In this document: in pieces, positions 9,405 to 17,690 of the stretch
Position numbering within the stretch: position 1 is the first letter of the stretch
How the letters are laid out: every line of letters starts with the position of its first letter
Source: Candidatus Celaenobacter antarcticus
GTDB lineage: Bacteria; Cloacimonadota; Cloacimonadia; JGIOTU-2
DNA length: 32,000 bases
NCBI GenBank assembly: GCA_030765865.1
Contig: JAVCDK010000106.1
Span: 1,828-33,827, forward strand
Direction: 5' to 3'
Made by a program: the position numbers and the translations under genes
The notes under the pieces: model-generated
Seen by the model: only the letters and a program-made list of their open reading frames with translations
Databases searched by the model: none
What the model was told of the DNA's origin: nothing

Positions 9405-12026
9405 CTACTTTTTATTAATATCCTGAAGTTGAACCTTAAACTGCTGGTATGATTTATTTTCCGGAAACTGTTTCACCAGATCATCTATGTAGTCGAGGGC
9501 TCTTTCAGTATAATCAGGATTGCTTCTCACAATATTCACATAGCGATTGAGGAAATAGTGCTGGTCTGTATTTTTCATTATAAAGTCTTCAAGGGCACTG
9601 AGAGCACCGAGAATATCATCGTTCTTTACAAGGAATTCTATTTGAAGGTATACAAGTTGAGGGTCTTCAGGACTCTTTTGTACTAACGGTTCGATCACAT
9701 TTAGAGCACTATCGTACAAGCCCATTTCATAATACAGGTTTGCAAGACTCGGTAGATATCTATTTTTTTCTTTCACAAAATCCATTGCTTTGTTGAGATA
9801 CTTTACTGCATTCTCGTAATCTTCATTCTGGTAGAAGGTTGTAGACATACGCATGAAATCGGCACCGTAATTGTTGATAAGACGCTTCATGTTTTCGTCC
9901 TTGTAGAGGTCTTCATTGTAAATGGAATTATAATCAAACACATTTTCAATATTATGATTGAGCCGTGGTGCGTTAATCTGATATTTTGCTTTAGTGGACA
10001 CTATTCTGTCTGCCATGCCTTCGCTTTGAAGATATTCGTCAAAATCCACGCGGTCTGCGACTGTCACAGCGAAGTAAATCGGGCGTTTGCCATAATTATC
10101 TTTAATGATCTGCAGAACCATCTGGTCTTTCACGAAAAGCTGTTTATCCTTTGGGAAAGTGATCTTAAGATCACCTACTTTGAAATTTGCTTCATTAGCA
10201 AGCTGGATCGGGTGCAGTTCATTGATCTGATTATCGGAGAGTTTGATTTCTATGCCTTCAAAATCGCGGAGTTGTTTTATGTACCAAGGTGTGTTGAGAA
10301 GACTCAGATTTGCAACAGAAACATCCTTACGAATTCCACCAAGATCTTTCTTAGCCAAATATGCATCATTCAGTTTGTTTTGAGTTTTTCTTGGAATATC
10401 TTCCTTATCTGAAATTGAGAATCCTTTGATCTCTCTGAAGAGAAGTGTATCTTCCTCAAGATAATACTCTTCTGCATGCGGGTCATACACTGCCTGGGCG
10501 TACCAGAGCGGGAAAGTATCATTATCACCATTTGTGAAAATGATGGCATTTTTATCAAGTCCATTTAAGAAATTGGTTCCGTACTCGAGTGAAAGAAGTT
10601 CCTGGCTTCTGTCCGTCTTATGAAAATGAGAAGCCATATTTATAATCGGAAGTGTAGCGATAAGACACAATGCAATGATCGCAAGTAGCTTCGACCTCTT
10701 TCGAAAATATCGTACAATTCCCATTGCTCCGATGCCCATCCAAAATGCCCATAGCATATAGGCAGTGATGAAAAAGTACGGTCTGTCACGCACTTCTGCA
10801 GATGAGAGATTCATTACAAGTATCATTGCAATGCTTGCCATAAAGAAGAATGAAGCAAGGTAAATGAACGAGCGCTTGCTCTTTTTGAATTGATAATAAA
10901 AACCGGTCAAACCAAGTGCAACAACAATGAATTGGAAAATAGTATGTATAAACTGTTTTGAGACATGCAGGAAATTGCTGATGACTCCAGCATCAAAAAA
11001 TTGCCAGCTAAAATATCTGAGAAAATGAAAATCGAGCTGCATTAGAATGGGAGCACGCCGCACAAAGAAGCTCGTTGGACCATACTGTTTTCTGAAAACA
11101 TAATCCATAAACCGCGGCAGAGTTGAAGGATCTCCCTCATTAATAAAGGGATCTGCTGCTGCTCTTATTGGGAGAATGAGATGGGTGCTCAATCCGAGTA
11201 CGACCATAAGGAACGCAAAAAGCCATACTTGTGGCTGGACATAATCTCTGAGGTAATATATCAGCACACTAATTACAAAAAGTGCAAAGATATATTTTCC
11301 AAAACTGCCATGTCCGATTCCTGTTCCAATAAGATAGAAAATATAGTATAAAGCAAGCCCTATCACAACGAAGATCAAAAGTTTATTATAGAATTTTTTA
11401 TCGAATTTCAACAACGGTAAAATTACGACAAATAATACTGCCGGTGCGATCTGCAACGTGGTCTGATGCACGCTGAATCCGAGAAAGAAAAGATACACTA
11501 TGAGTAATAATATATTCTGATGGTCGAAGTTCTTTTGCTTTTCAGTCCAGATAAGTGTCAACCAGATAATAAGTGCAATAAAGAATGACAATCCTCCATA
11601 GACCTCCGCCTCGATCGCATTAATCCAGAATTCCTGGGAAAAGGTAATAAAAAAAGCACCAATAACTCCTGCAATGTAAGCATAGATCTGCTTGGTTTCC
11701 CAGATCGCAACAAGCTTCACAATTGAAAGATAGACAAAGAGGACAGCGAAACAGCTGAAGATAACCGAAAGCAAACTAACTGCCTGAGCATGTGAAAGTC
11801 CTATTGGGAGAAGAGTAAAAAATTTCCCGAGTAATATATAAAAAGGATTTCCCGGAGGATGTGGCACACCAAGAATTGAGCTGCAGGAAATATACTCACC
11901 ACAATCCCAAAATGAGAGTGACACAGGTTTTGTGATATAATAGATAATGAAAACAGACAGGAAAATGACAAGTCCGATTATGGCGTTTGTTCTCCTGTCA
12001 ATAGTGCACTTATTTTCAAAGTTCAT
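9405..12026 (-). CDS. DUF2723/TMEM260-like polytopic membrane protein (GT-C-type putative glycosyltransferase) with C-terminal TPR region
   Basis: N-terminal motif SFWDCGEYISCSSILGVPHPPGNPFY is typical of DUF2723. There are about 12 or more hydrophobic segments and C-terminal TPR-like repeats (YENAVKYLNKAMDF..., LANLYYEMGLYDSALNVIEP). The start overlaps the ferredoxin stop as ATGA. Confidence 0.8.
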   Translation of the reverse strand: MNFENKCTIDRRTNAIIGLVIFLSVFIIYYITKPVSLSFWDCGEYISCSSILGVPHPPGNPFYILLGKFFTLLPIGLSHAQAVSLLSVIFSCFAVLFVYLSIVKLVAIWETKQIYAYIAGVIGAFFITFSQEFWINAIEAEVYGGLSFFIALIIWLTLIWTEKQKNFDHQNILLLIVYLFFLGFSVHQTTLQIAPAVLFVVILPLLKFDKKFYNKLLIFVVIGLALYYIFYLIGTGIGHGSFGKYIFALFVISVLIYYLRDYVQPQVWLFAFLMVVLGLSTHLILPIRAAADPFINEGDPSTLPRFMDYVFRKQYGPTSFFVRRAPILMQLDFHFLRYFSWQFFDAGVISNFLHVSKQFIHTIFQFIVVALGLTGFYYQFKKSKRSFIYLASFFFMASIAMILVMNLSSAEVRDRPYFFITAYMLWAFWMGIGAMGIVRYFRKRSKLLAIIALCLIATLPIINMASHFHKTDRSQELLSLEYGTNFLNGLDKNAIIFTNGDNDTFPLWYAQAVYDPHAEEYYLEEDTLLFREIKGFSISDKEDIPRKTQNKLNDAYLAKKDLGGIRKDVSVANLSLLNTPWYIKQLRDFEGIEIKLSDNQINELHPIQLANEANFKVGDLKITFPKDKQLFVKDQMVLQIIKDNYGKRPIYFAVTVADRVDFDEYLQSEGMADRIVSTKAKYQINAPRLNHNIENVFDYNSIYNEDLYKDENMKRLINNYGADFMRMSTTFYQNEDYENAVKYLNKAMDFVKEKNRYLPSLANLYYEMGLYDSALNVIEPLVQKSPEDPQLVYLQIEFLVKNDDILGALSALEDFIMKNTDQHYFLNRYVNIVRSNPDYTERALDYIDDLVKQFPENKSYQQFKVQLQDINKK

Positions 12027-12211
12027 AGTGTTACTTTTTGATTATTGTTAGCTTTGATAGCATCGAGAGGACATTCCTTAATGCACAGTCCACACTCTAT
12101 GCAATCATCAGTGATTATGTATTGTGTGTCGTCTTCGACAATAGCTTTTTCCGGGCATACTTCAATGCAGGATCCGCATTTAATACAATCTGAGGTTATG
12201 ATAAAGCTCAT
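12023..12211 (-). CDS. 2x[4Fe-4S] dicluster ferredoxin (62 aa)
   Basis: Two CxxCxxCxxxCP motifs: CIKCGSCIEVCP and CIECGLCIKECP. It starts 6 nt after the frr stop and has a 4-nt overlap with the downstream gene. Confidence 0.9.
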   Translation of the reverse strand: MSFIITSDCIKCGSCIEVCPEKAIVEDDTQYIITDDCIECGLCIKECPLDAIKANNNQKVTL

Positions 12212-12217
12212 AATACT

Positions 12218-12781
12218 TTAAATCTCCATTATTTCTTTTTCTTTATGTTCGACTATTTCATCGATCTTTTTGGTAAATTCATCAGTGATCTCTTGAATCT
12301 CATCCAAACCATCCTTGGAATTATCTTCAGAGATAACGCTGTCTTTTTCGAGGTGTTTAATATCATCATTAGCAGTTCTGCGAATATTTCTAACTTCAAT
12401 CTTTGCTTCTTCTCCATGCTTCTTCACCAATTTGCCAAGATCTTTTCTTCTATCTTCAGTAAGAGGTGGAAAAGCAAGCCGGATCACATTGCCGTCATTT
12501 TGGGGTGTGATGCCGAGATCAGAAGCAAGGATCGCTTTTTCGATACCTTGCAGCATACTCTTTTCCCACGGATTAATAAGTATCAGCCGGGCTTCCGGCA
12601 CAGAAATCGTTCCTACATGATTGAGAGGAGAGGCCTGTCCGTAATAATCGATAGTGATATCATCAAGAAGAGAAATATTGGCTTTACCGGTTCGAATCTT
12701 CATAAGCTCTTTATGAAACGCCTCAATGGTCTTATCCATTTTGTCGCGAGTATCTTTGTAGATCGACTCTAATTCTTGCAT
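12218..12781 (-). CDS. frr: Ribosome recycling factor
   Basis: 187 aa. Contains ISVPEARLILINPWEK and LPPLTEDRRKDLGKLVKK-like motifs. RBS GAGGAG. Confidence 0.96.
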   Translation of the reverse strand: MQELESIYKDTRDKMDKTIEAFHKELMKIRTGKANISLLDDITIDYYGQASPLNHVGTISVPEARLILINPWEKSMLQGIEKAILASDLGITPQNDGNVIRLAFPPLTEDRRKDLGKLVKKHGEEAKIEVRNIRRTANDDIKHLEKDSVISEDNSKDGLDEIQEITDEFTKKIDEIVEHKEKEIMEI

Positions 12782-12859
12782 AGTTAACTCCTCTTGTTAT
12801 CCTTCGGTGTTGCATAACAATTCATAATTAACTGAGTGTGCAACATATCCGTAAATGCG

Positions 12860-13564
12860 TTACTCTATGATACTTCCGAAATTATCTTCAAAAACAGCTT
12901 TGGAAATATTTCCAAGTTCTTTGATATTGAATATTTTAATTTTTAAGTGATTATTTTTTGCTAATGAAATGGCAGTGAGGTCCATAACTTTGAGACTTAA
13001 TTCGATATAATCAGCATAAGAAATGTTATTGAATAGGATGGCATCAGGGAATTCTACAGGATCCCTATCATAGACACCATCAACTTTTGTTCCTTTGAAT
13101 AGGATATCTGCTTCGATTTCAAGCGCACGTAGAACTGCTGCGGTGTCGGTCGTAAAATATGGGTTTCCTGTACCGCCTGCATAGAGACCGACTTTCCCTG
13201 CCCGAAGAGCTGCCTGAGCATTTTCAGAAGAAAAGCAGGTTCCGATCGATGCGATAGTTTCTGCAGTAAAGATTTCTGAAAGCACATGGTACTCACGCAA
13301 TTTCTCATGAAGCACAATTGTATTTTGTACAGTTGCGAGCATACCGATAGCATCGGCTTCAGGACGCCTCATACCTTCGATCGCATAAGTAGCTCCACGG
13401 AAAAAGTTACCACCGCCTATTACAATGCCGAGTTCCAATCCCTTTGTGTGAAGATCAACAAGTTCTTTGACAATCCGTGTAACAGCTTCGTTTTCAATAC
13501 CAAATGATTTCTGTCCCTGTAGTATTTCTCCGCTGATTTTTAACAGGATTCTCTTGTACTTCAC
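12860..13564 (-). CDS. pyrH: UMP kinase
   Basis: N-terminus KYKRILLKISGE, plus GGGNFFRG and GTGNPYFTTDTAA. GTG start lies 1 nt after the tsf stop. Confidence 0.95.
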   Translation of the reverse strand: MKYKRILLKISGEILQGQKSFGIENEAVTRIVKELVDLHTKGLELGIVIGGGNFFRGATYAIEGMRRPEADAIGMLATVQNTIVLHEKLREYHVLSEIFTAETIASIGTCFSSENAQAALRAGKVGLYAGGTGNPYFTTDTAAVLRALEIEADILFKGTKVDGVYDRDPVEFPDAILFNNISYADYIELSLKVMDLTAISLAKNNHLKIKIFNIKELGNISKAVFEDNFGSIIE

Positions 13565-13565
13565 G

Positions 13566-14159
13566 TTACATTCCTATTTGAAAGCGTGCAAATCTTTTAA
13601 TGCTGATATTTTCACCCAGTTTCAATACTGCGTTGGAAATAAGCTCTTTTATAGTGATATCTTCATCCATTACAAGTGGTTGATCGAGCAGGCAATTCTC
13701 AGTATAATATTTTTTTAGTCGACCTTCAACGATCTTATCAACAATCTTTTCCGGTTTACCGGCTGTAAGAGCTTGCTCTTTATAAATTTCTTTTTCGTCT
13801 TCAATAATTTTAGGATCAATATCCTTTTCTGAAATAGCCATCGGATCGGTCGCTGCGATGTGCATTGCGATCTGATTTGCCATTTCCTGGAAATCATTAG
13901 TGCGTGCAACGAAATCTGTCTCACAGCTCAGTTCAAGCAGAACACCAAGTTTTGCGCCCGGATGAATATATGCATGAATAATGCCTTCACTGGAATCTCT
14001 GCTTGACTTCTTCTCAGCTTTTGCGATTCCTTTCTTGCGCAGGATCTTCACTGCTTCATCGACATTTCCATTTGCTTCGCCCAATGCTTTTTTGCATTCC
14101 ATCAGACCAACACTTGTTTTATCTCGTAACTCTTTAACTTGTTTTGCCGTTATTTCCAT
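13566..14159 (-). CDS. tsf: Translation elongation factor Ts (short form, 197 aa)
   Basis: N-terminal UBA-like ITAKQVKELRDKTSVGLMECKKAL and HPGAKLGVLLELSCETDFVART. RBS GGAG. Confidence 0.95.
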   Translation of the reverse strand: MEITAKQVKELRDKTSVGLMECKKALGEANGNVDEAVKILRKKGIAKAEKKSSRDSSEGIIHAYIHPGAKLGVLLELSCETDFVARTNDFQEMANQIAMHIAATDPMAISEKDIDPKIIEDEKEIYKEQALTAGKPEKIVDKIVEGRLKKYYTENCLLDQPLVMDEDITIKELISNAVLKLGENISIKRFARFQIGM

Positions 14160-14173
14160 AATAGCTCCGTATA

Positions 14174-15199
14174 TTATTTTTGATGAACCAATCCAAGATG
14201 GATCTTCAAGCCGCGTTTTGATGAGAATGTTTTACCACAATCGGGGCATTCAAAACGGGTTTCTTTCTTATCTTTTTTATCTTCTTTTGGCTCTTTTTTA
14301 ATGTTTTTTATTTTCTTTTCTTCTTTCTTTGATTTCTCTTCTTTTGGTTTTTTAGTCTCTTTGACTACTTCGGGTTCTTCAATCACTTCCTTTTCAACAA
14401 CTTTCTTAGTGACTTCGTCATCCTCTTTTTTGACTTCTACTTTTTCTTCTATAACAACTTTTTCTTTCCCATCTTTCTTTTCTGCATCAAAATCGGAAAT
14501 ATCTCCACCTTCAGCAGCGATCTTTTTACCTTCGATGACTGCGTTTGCCATTATATCACAAATAAGATTTATAGATTTCATTGCATCGTCATTACCTGGG
14601 ATCACGTAGTCGATGCCATCAGGATCTCCATTTGTATCAACAATTGCAATGATTGGAATCTTAAGATTTTTAGCTTCACTCACTGCATTTTTTTCATAGA
14701 CAATATCTGCAATAAATAAGGCTGCGGGTATTTCTTCCATATCACGAATTCCACCGAGAGCACGAAGGATTTTATCATACTTCCTTTGCATTTTGAGCAC
14801 TTCGAGTTTAGTGAATTTATTTATCTCACCGGTATCCTGTAGTTTTTCAAATTCTTCGATTTTTGAGATACTCTTTCGGATCGTTTTCAGATTTGTTAAT
14901 GTGCCACCATACCATCTGTTGCTGATAAAGAATTCATCACATTTTTCTGCAGCATTTTGAATGCCTTCTGAAACCTGCTTTTTCGTACCCACAAAAAGGA
15001 TTTTTTTACCTTTTGCAGCAAGTTCTCTGATGAAGTAATATGACTGATTGATGGCTTCAAGGGTTTGTTTAAGATCAATGATGTGAATCCCATTTCTTTT
15101 GATGAAGATGTATCTTTTCATCTTAGGATTCCAGCGTCGAGTTTGGTGACCAAAATGAACACCAGCCTCGAGAAGTCTTTTCATTTCAACGACACTCAT
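14174..15199 (-). CDS. rpsB: 30S ribosomal protein S2 with ~109-aa K/E-rich C-terminal extension ending in a C2H2 zinc finger
   Basis: S2 core: LLEAGVHFGHQTRRWNPKM, GGTLTN, VDTNGDPDGIDYVIPGNDDA. I prefer ATG at 15199 (MSVVEMKRLLEAG...) because GGAGGA sits 5 nt upstream; the longest ORF starts at 15238. The tail ends in RFECPDCGKTFSSKRGLKIHLGLVHQK. Confidence 0.93.
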   Translation of the reverse strand: MSVVEMKRLLEAGVHFGHQTRRWNPKMKRYIFIKRNGIHIIDLKQTLEAINQSYYFIRELAAKGKKILFVGTKKQVSEGIQNAAEKCDEFFISNRWYGGTLTNLKTIRKSISKIEEFEKLQDTGEINKFTKLEVLKMQRKYDKILRALGGIRDMEEIPAALFIADIVYEKNAVSEAKNLKIPIIAIVDTNGDPDGIDYVIPGNDDAMKSINLICDIMANAVIEGKKIAAEGGDISDFDAEKKDGKEKVVIEEKVEVKKEDDEVTKKVVEKEVIEEPEVVKETKKPKEEKSKKEEKKIKNIKKEPKEDKKDKKETRFECPDCGKTFSSKRGLKIHLGLVHQK

Positions 15200-15302
15200 G
15201 TGTGTCCTCCAACGGTTTATTATTTTAACTTCATCCACACTGCATATATTCGAATCTTTCGAACACCGTTTGCAGCTCTGAAGTTAATTGATTGAATATA
15301 TT

Positions 15303-15689
15303 TTATCTCTTTGAATACTGATATGCCTTACGTGCTTTTGCAAGTCCGTATTTCCTGCGTTCCTTCTCACGTGCATCACGGGTAAGAAGTCCTTCTTTTT
15401 TCAGGACTGCGCGCAGTTCAGGATCGTATTCCAAAAGGGCTCTGCTGATACCAAGACGGATTGCACCGGCTTGTCCGGAAAGTCCCCCACCACGCACATT
15501 TACCTTCATATCAAATCGATCTGATTGGTCGATAAGCTTGAAAGGTTCTTCTACGATCATCTCAAGGGTTTCTCGGCTGAGATAATCTTTCATAAGTTTT
15601 TTATTAATGATTCTTTTCCCGGTTCCTTTAGATAAACGAACACGTGCAACAGCGTTTTTACGCCTGCCAATTGCATCAAAATATTGCAT
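15303..15689 (-). CDS. rpsI: 30S ribosomal protein S9
   Basis: 128 aa. Contains [10 protein letters not shown] and [19 protein letters not shown], with the C-terminal [11 protein letters not shown]. Confidence 0.96.
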   Translation of the reverse strand: MQYFDAIGRRKNAVARVRLSKGTGKRIINKKLMKDYLSRETLEMIVEEPFKLIDQSDRFDMKVNVRGGGLSGQAGAIRLGISRALLEYDPELRAVLKKEGLLTRDAREKERRKYGLAKARKAYQYSKR

Positions 15690-15706
15690 ATATATTTCTC
15701 CTAAAA

Positions 15707-16138
15707 TTAAGAAATTTTAATTTCTTCAGGCTGTTGTGCCTGATGATTGTGGGCATTGCCTGTGTATATTTTCAATCGCTTTAGCATCCTATCACGAAGT
15801 TTGTTCTTGGGAAGCATACCTTTTACGGAATGATATATAATTTGTTCCGGTTTTTTTTCGCGCATCTGCCGGAAGGAAGTAATTCTCTGTCCACTTGGAT
15901 AACCGGAATACCGCTTGTATTCTTTTGCAAATTCTTTTTGACCTGTAACTTTTACTTTTTCTGCGTTTAATATTATTACAAAATCACCCATATCAAAGAA
16001 AGGAGTGAAAGCCGGTTTATGCTTTCCTCTCAGAAGTTTCGCAACTTTGGTAGATAATCTGCCAAGTACAGCATCTTCTGCGTTGATCACATACCAATGA
16101 TGCTCAATTTCATCGACTTTTGGCAATGTCGTTTTCAT
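15707..16138 (-). CDS. rplM: 50S ribosomal protein L13
   Basis: 143 aa. Contains [28 protein letters not shown] and the KGMLPKNKL motif. RBS TAGGAGA. Confidence 0.96.
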   Translation of the reverse strand: MKTTLPKVDEIEHHWYVINAEDAVLGRLSTKVAKLLRGKHKPAFTPFFDMGDFVIILNAEKVKVTGQKEFAKEYKRYSGYPSGQRITSFRQMREKKPEQIIYHSVKGMLPKNKLRDRMLKRLKIYTGNAHNHQAQQPEEIKIS

Positions 16139-16277
16139 TATGTCTCCTAAAAATTATGCCTTCACTTAGATAACAATATTTACGATATTTTCATTAAGTA
16201 GTGCCATAAAGTTTGTGCCCATAAACCCTTGTCAAGTTTAACAATTGCAAACAAACACTGCCTGTTAATGACCTGCC
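16139..16277 (-). promoter_or_regulatory. Conserved upstream/leader block, copy 1 (upstream of rplM); contains TTGACA and a GGCAC-N9-GGCAC core
   Basis: Alignable over about 135 bp with 19612-19746. Shared segments include a 23-bp identical core GTGCCATAAAGTTTGTGCCCATA, CTTGTCAAGTT, AACAATATTTA and the RBS-proximal TCTCCTAAAA. Confidence 0.45.
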
Positions 16278-16567
16278 AAATATAGTTTTAATGAAAATAA
16301 TTTAAGTGTGAATCGCAAGAAAAAAATAAATTTCTAAATCTTAATTTATAATAACAAATGAAATATCAAAATTGAAATGTCAAAGTAATTTTTTCTTCAT
16401 TTTTTAATTATGGAACTTCTTTTGAAATAATTCTCAACTAATATTTGGATTTTTTATTCCTAAATATAAATACTTTTAACCACAGGTCTTAACTAAATCG
16501 AACCTCTATTTATTTGATATTTGAAATTAGTAATTCAAGTTGAAAAGGATGTAAATTACTAAAAAAT

Positions 16568-17638
16568 CTGTAGAAAATTGGCTTAAAGGAAAAAAAAGGT
16601 TGCTAAAATATAGCTTAAACTCATATACAGAAGATATTTAGGTAGTATTTCTTACGCACAGGAGTAAAAAATGGCTAAAAAGCATTGTCCAAGATGTGGT
16701 TCAAAGCATACAAAAAAATGGAAAGAGGGATAGAAAACAGAGATATCGATGTCTTGATTGTGGGCATGTTTTTCAGTTTAAAAGGGTAAGAAATCGGGTT
16801 TTTGAAAAGAATTTATGGACCCAGTATGTACATGGAAATCAGACACTCCAATCATTAAGTAAACATTATGGCATATCCTATAAAACGACGAGAAAACTCC
16901 TTGATAATCATCTGATTGGGCAACCAATAATAACGTCTGGAAGCAGTGTTGTCGTAATGGATACCTGCTATTTTGGATGGGGCTTTGGAGTAATGGTTTT
17001 CAGAGATTTCTTAAAACGAAAGAACTTATATTGGAAGTATTTGAAGCATGAGACCATTGAGGAATATAAATCTGGGATCAACTATTTAAAAGGCAAAGGT
17101 GTGGAGATCCTTGGGATAGCCTGTGATGGCAAAAGAGGCTTGTTTAGTGCATTTGAGGCTACTCCCATACAAATGTGCCAATTTCATCAAGTTGCAATAG
17201 TAACTAGATATATTACTCGAAATCCTAAACTTGAAGCTGGTAAAGAACTTAAAATATTAACACATAATTTAACTAAATCATCGAAAACAGAATTTGCAAC
17301 AATGTTAAATGATTGGCATTTGAAGTGGAAGATTTTTTTATCAGAAAAAACATATAATGATGAACATAAGAAATGGCATTATACTCATAGAAGATTAAGG
17401 AGTGCATATCGAAGTTTGAAGACTAATCTGCCATTCCTTTTCACATATTTGGAATACCCAGATCTGGGTATTCCAAACACAACAAACTCATTAGAAGGAA
17501 AATTCTCAAACCTGAAAACCAAGATAAGGATACATGCTGGTATTAAAAAATGGAGAAAAATCAGAATTATCAACGAAATTCTAGTAAAATAGCAACCAAA
17601 AAGTTCCTTTAAACCAGAAAATTTTATTATTTCTACTG
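16568..17638 (+). mobile_element. Insertion sequence (~1.07 kb) with imperfect terminal inverted repeats and a single Zn-ribbon DDE transposase gene (IS256/Mutator-like; family assignment tentative)
   Basis: Left end is CTGTAGAAAATTGGCTTAAAGGAAAAAAAAGGTTGCTA (16568-16605). The reverse complement of the right end (17590-17638) is CAGTAGAAAT..CTGGTTTAAAGGAACTTTTTGGTTGCTA. The shared blocks are GTAGAAA, TTAAAGGAA and GGTTGCTA. Exact termini and target-site duplication were not resolved. Confidence 0.55.
16696..17592 (+). CDS. DDE transposase, main reading frame; the N-terminal Zn-ribbon half is in another frame (16671-16733), so the gene is frameshifted
   Basis: Candidate catalytic residues lie in VVVMDTCYF, IACDGKRGL and NTTNSLEGKFSNLKTK. 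CQFHQV and W..W spacing resemble IS256-type transposases. Upstream, ATG at 16671 with RBS AGGAG encodes MAKKHCPRCGSKHTKKWKEG*. Confidence 0.75.
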   Translation: MVQSIQKNGKRDRKQRYRCLDCGHVFQFKRVRNRVFEKNLWTQYVHGNQTLQSLSKHYGISYKTTRKLLDNHLIGQPIITSGSSVVVMDTCYFGWGFGVMVFRDFLKRKNLYWKYLKHETIEEYKSGINYLKGKGVEILGIACDGKRGLFSAFEATPIQMCQFHQVAIVTRYITRNPKLEAGKELKILTHNLTKSSKTEFATMLNDWHLKWKIFLSEKTYNDEHKKWHYTHRRLRSAYRSLKTNLPFLFTYLEYPDLGIPNTTNSLEGKFSNLKTKIRIHAGIKKWRKIRIINEILVK

Positions 17639-17690
17639 CGAAACTTCAGTTATTTTATTTGCTGCGTTTATCTGGATACTTACTGTTCTT

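Noticed and set aside
9954-10412. 152-aa plus-strand ORF inside the DUF2723 gene
   Set aside because: It is antisense to a long ORF with recognisable motifs, and no RBS or homology was recognised.
12245-12772. 175-aa and 101-aa plus-strand ORFs antisense to frr
   Set aside because: They are shadow ORFs of a highly conserved gene, with no independent coding signal.
15200-15238. 13-codon N-terminal extension of rpsB (MDEVKIINRWRTH)
   Set aside because: The extension would contain the GGAGGA that is ideally spaced for the internal ATG at 15199. S2 proteins begin close to the ...LLEAGVHFGH motif.
16200-16225. Sigma-54 promoter reading of GGGCACAAACTTTATGGCAC in the duplicated upstream block
   Set aside because: GGCAC resembles the -24 element. 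However, neither copy has TTGC at the required 5-nt spacing, so a -24/-12 promoter is not supported.
16278-16567. 290-bp very AT-rich spacer between the rplM upstream block and the IS left end, considered as part of the IS or as an RNA gene
   Set aside because: There is no inverted-repeat match to the right IS end beyond about 16568, no ORF, and no recognisable RNA structure. I treat it as plain intergenic DNA.
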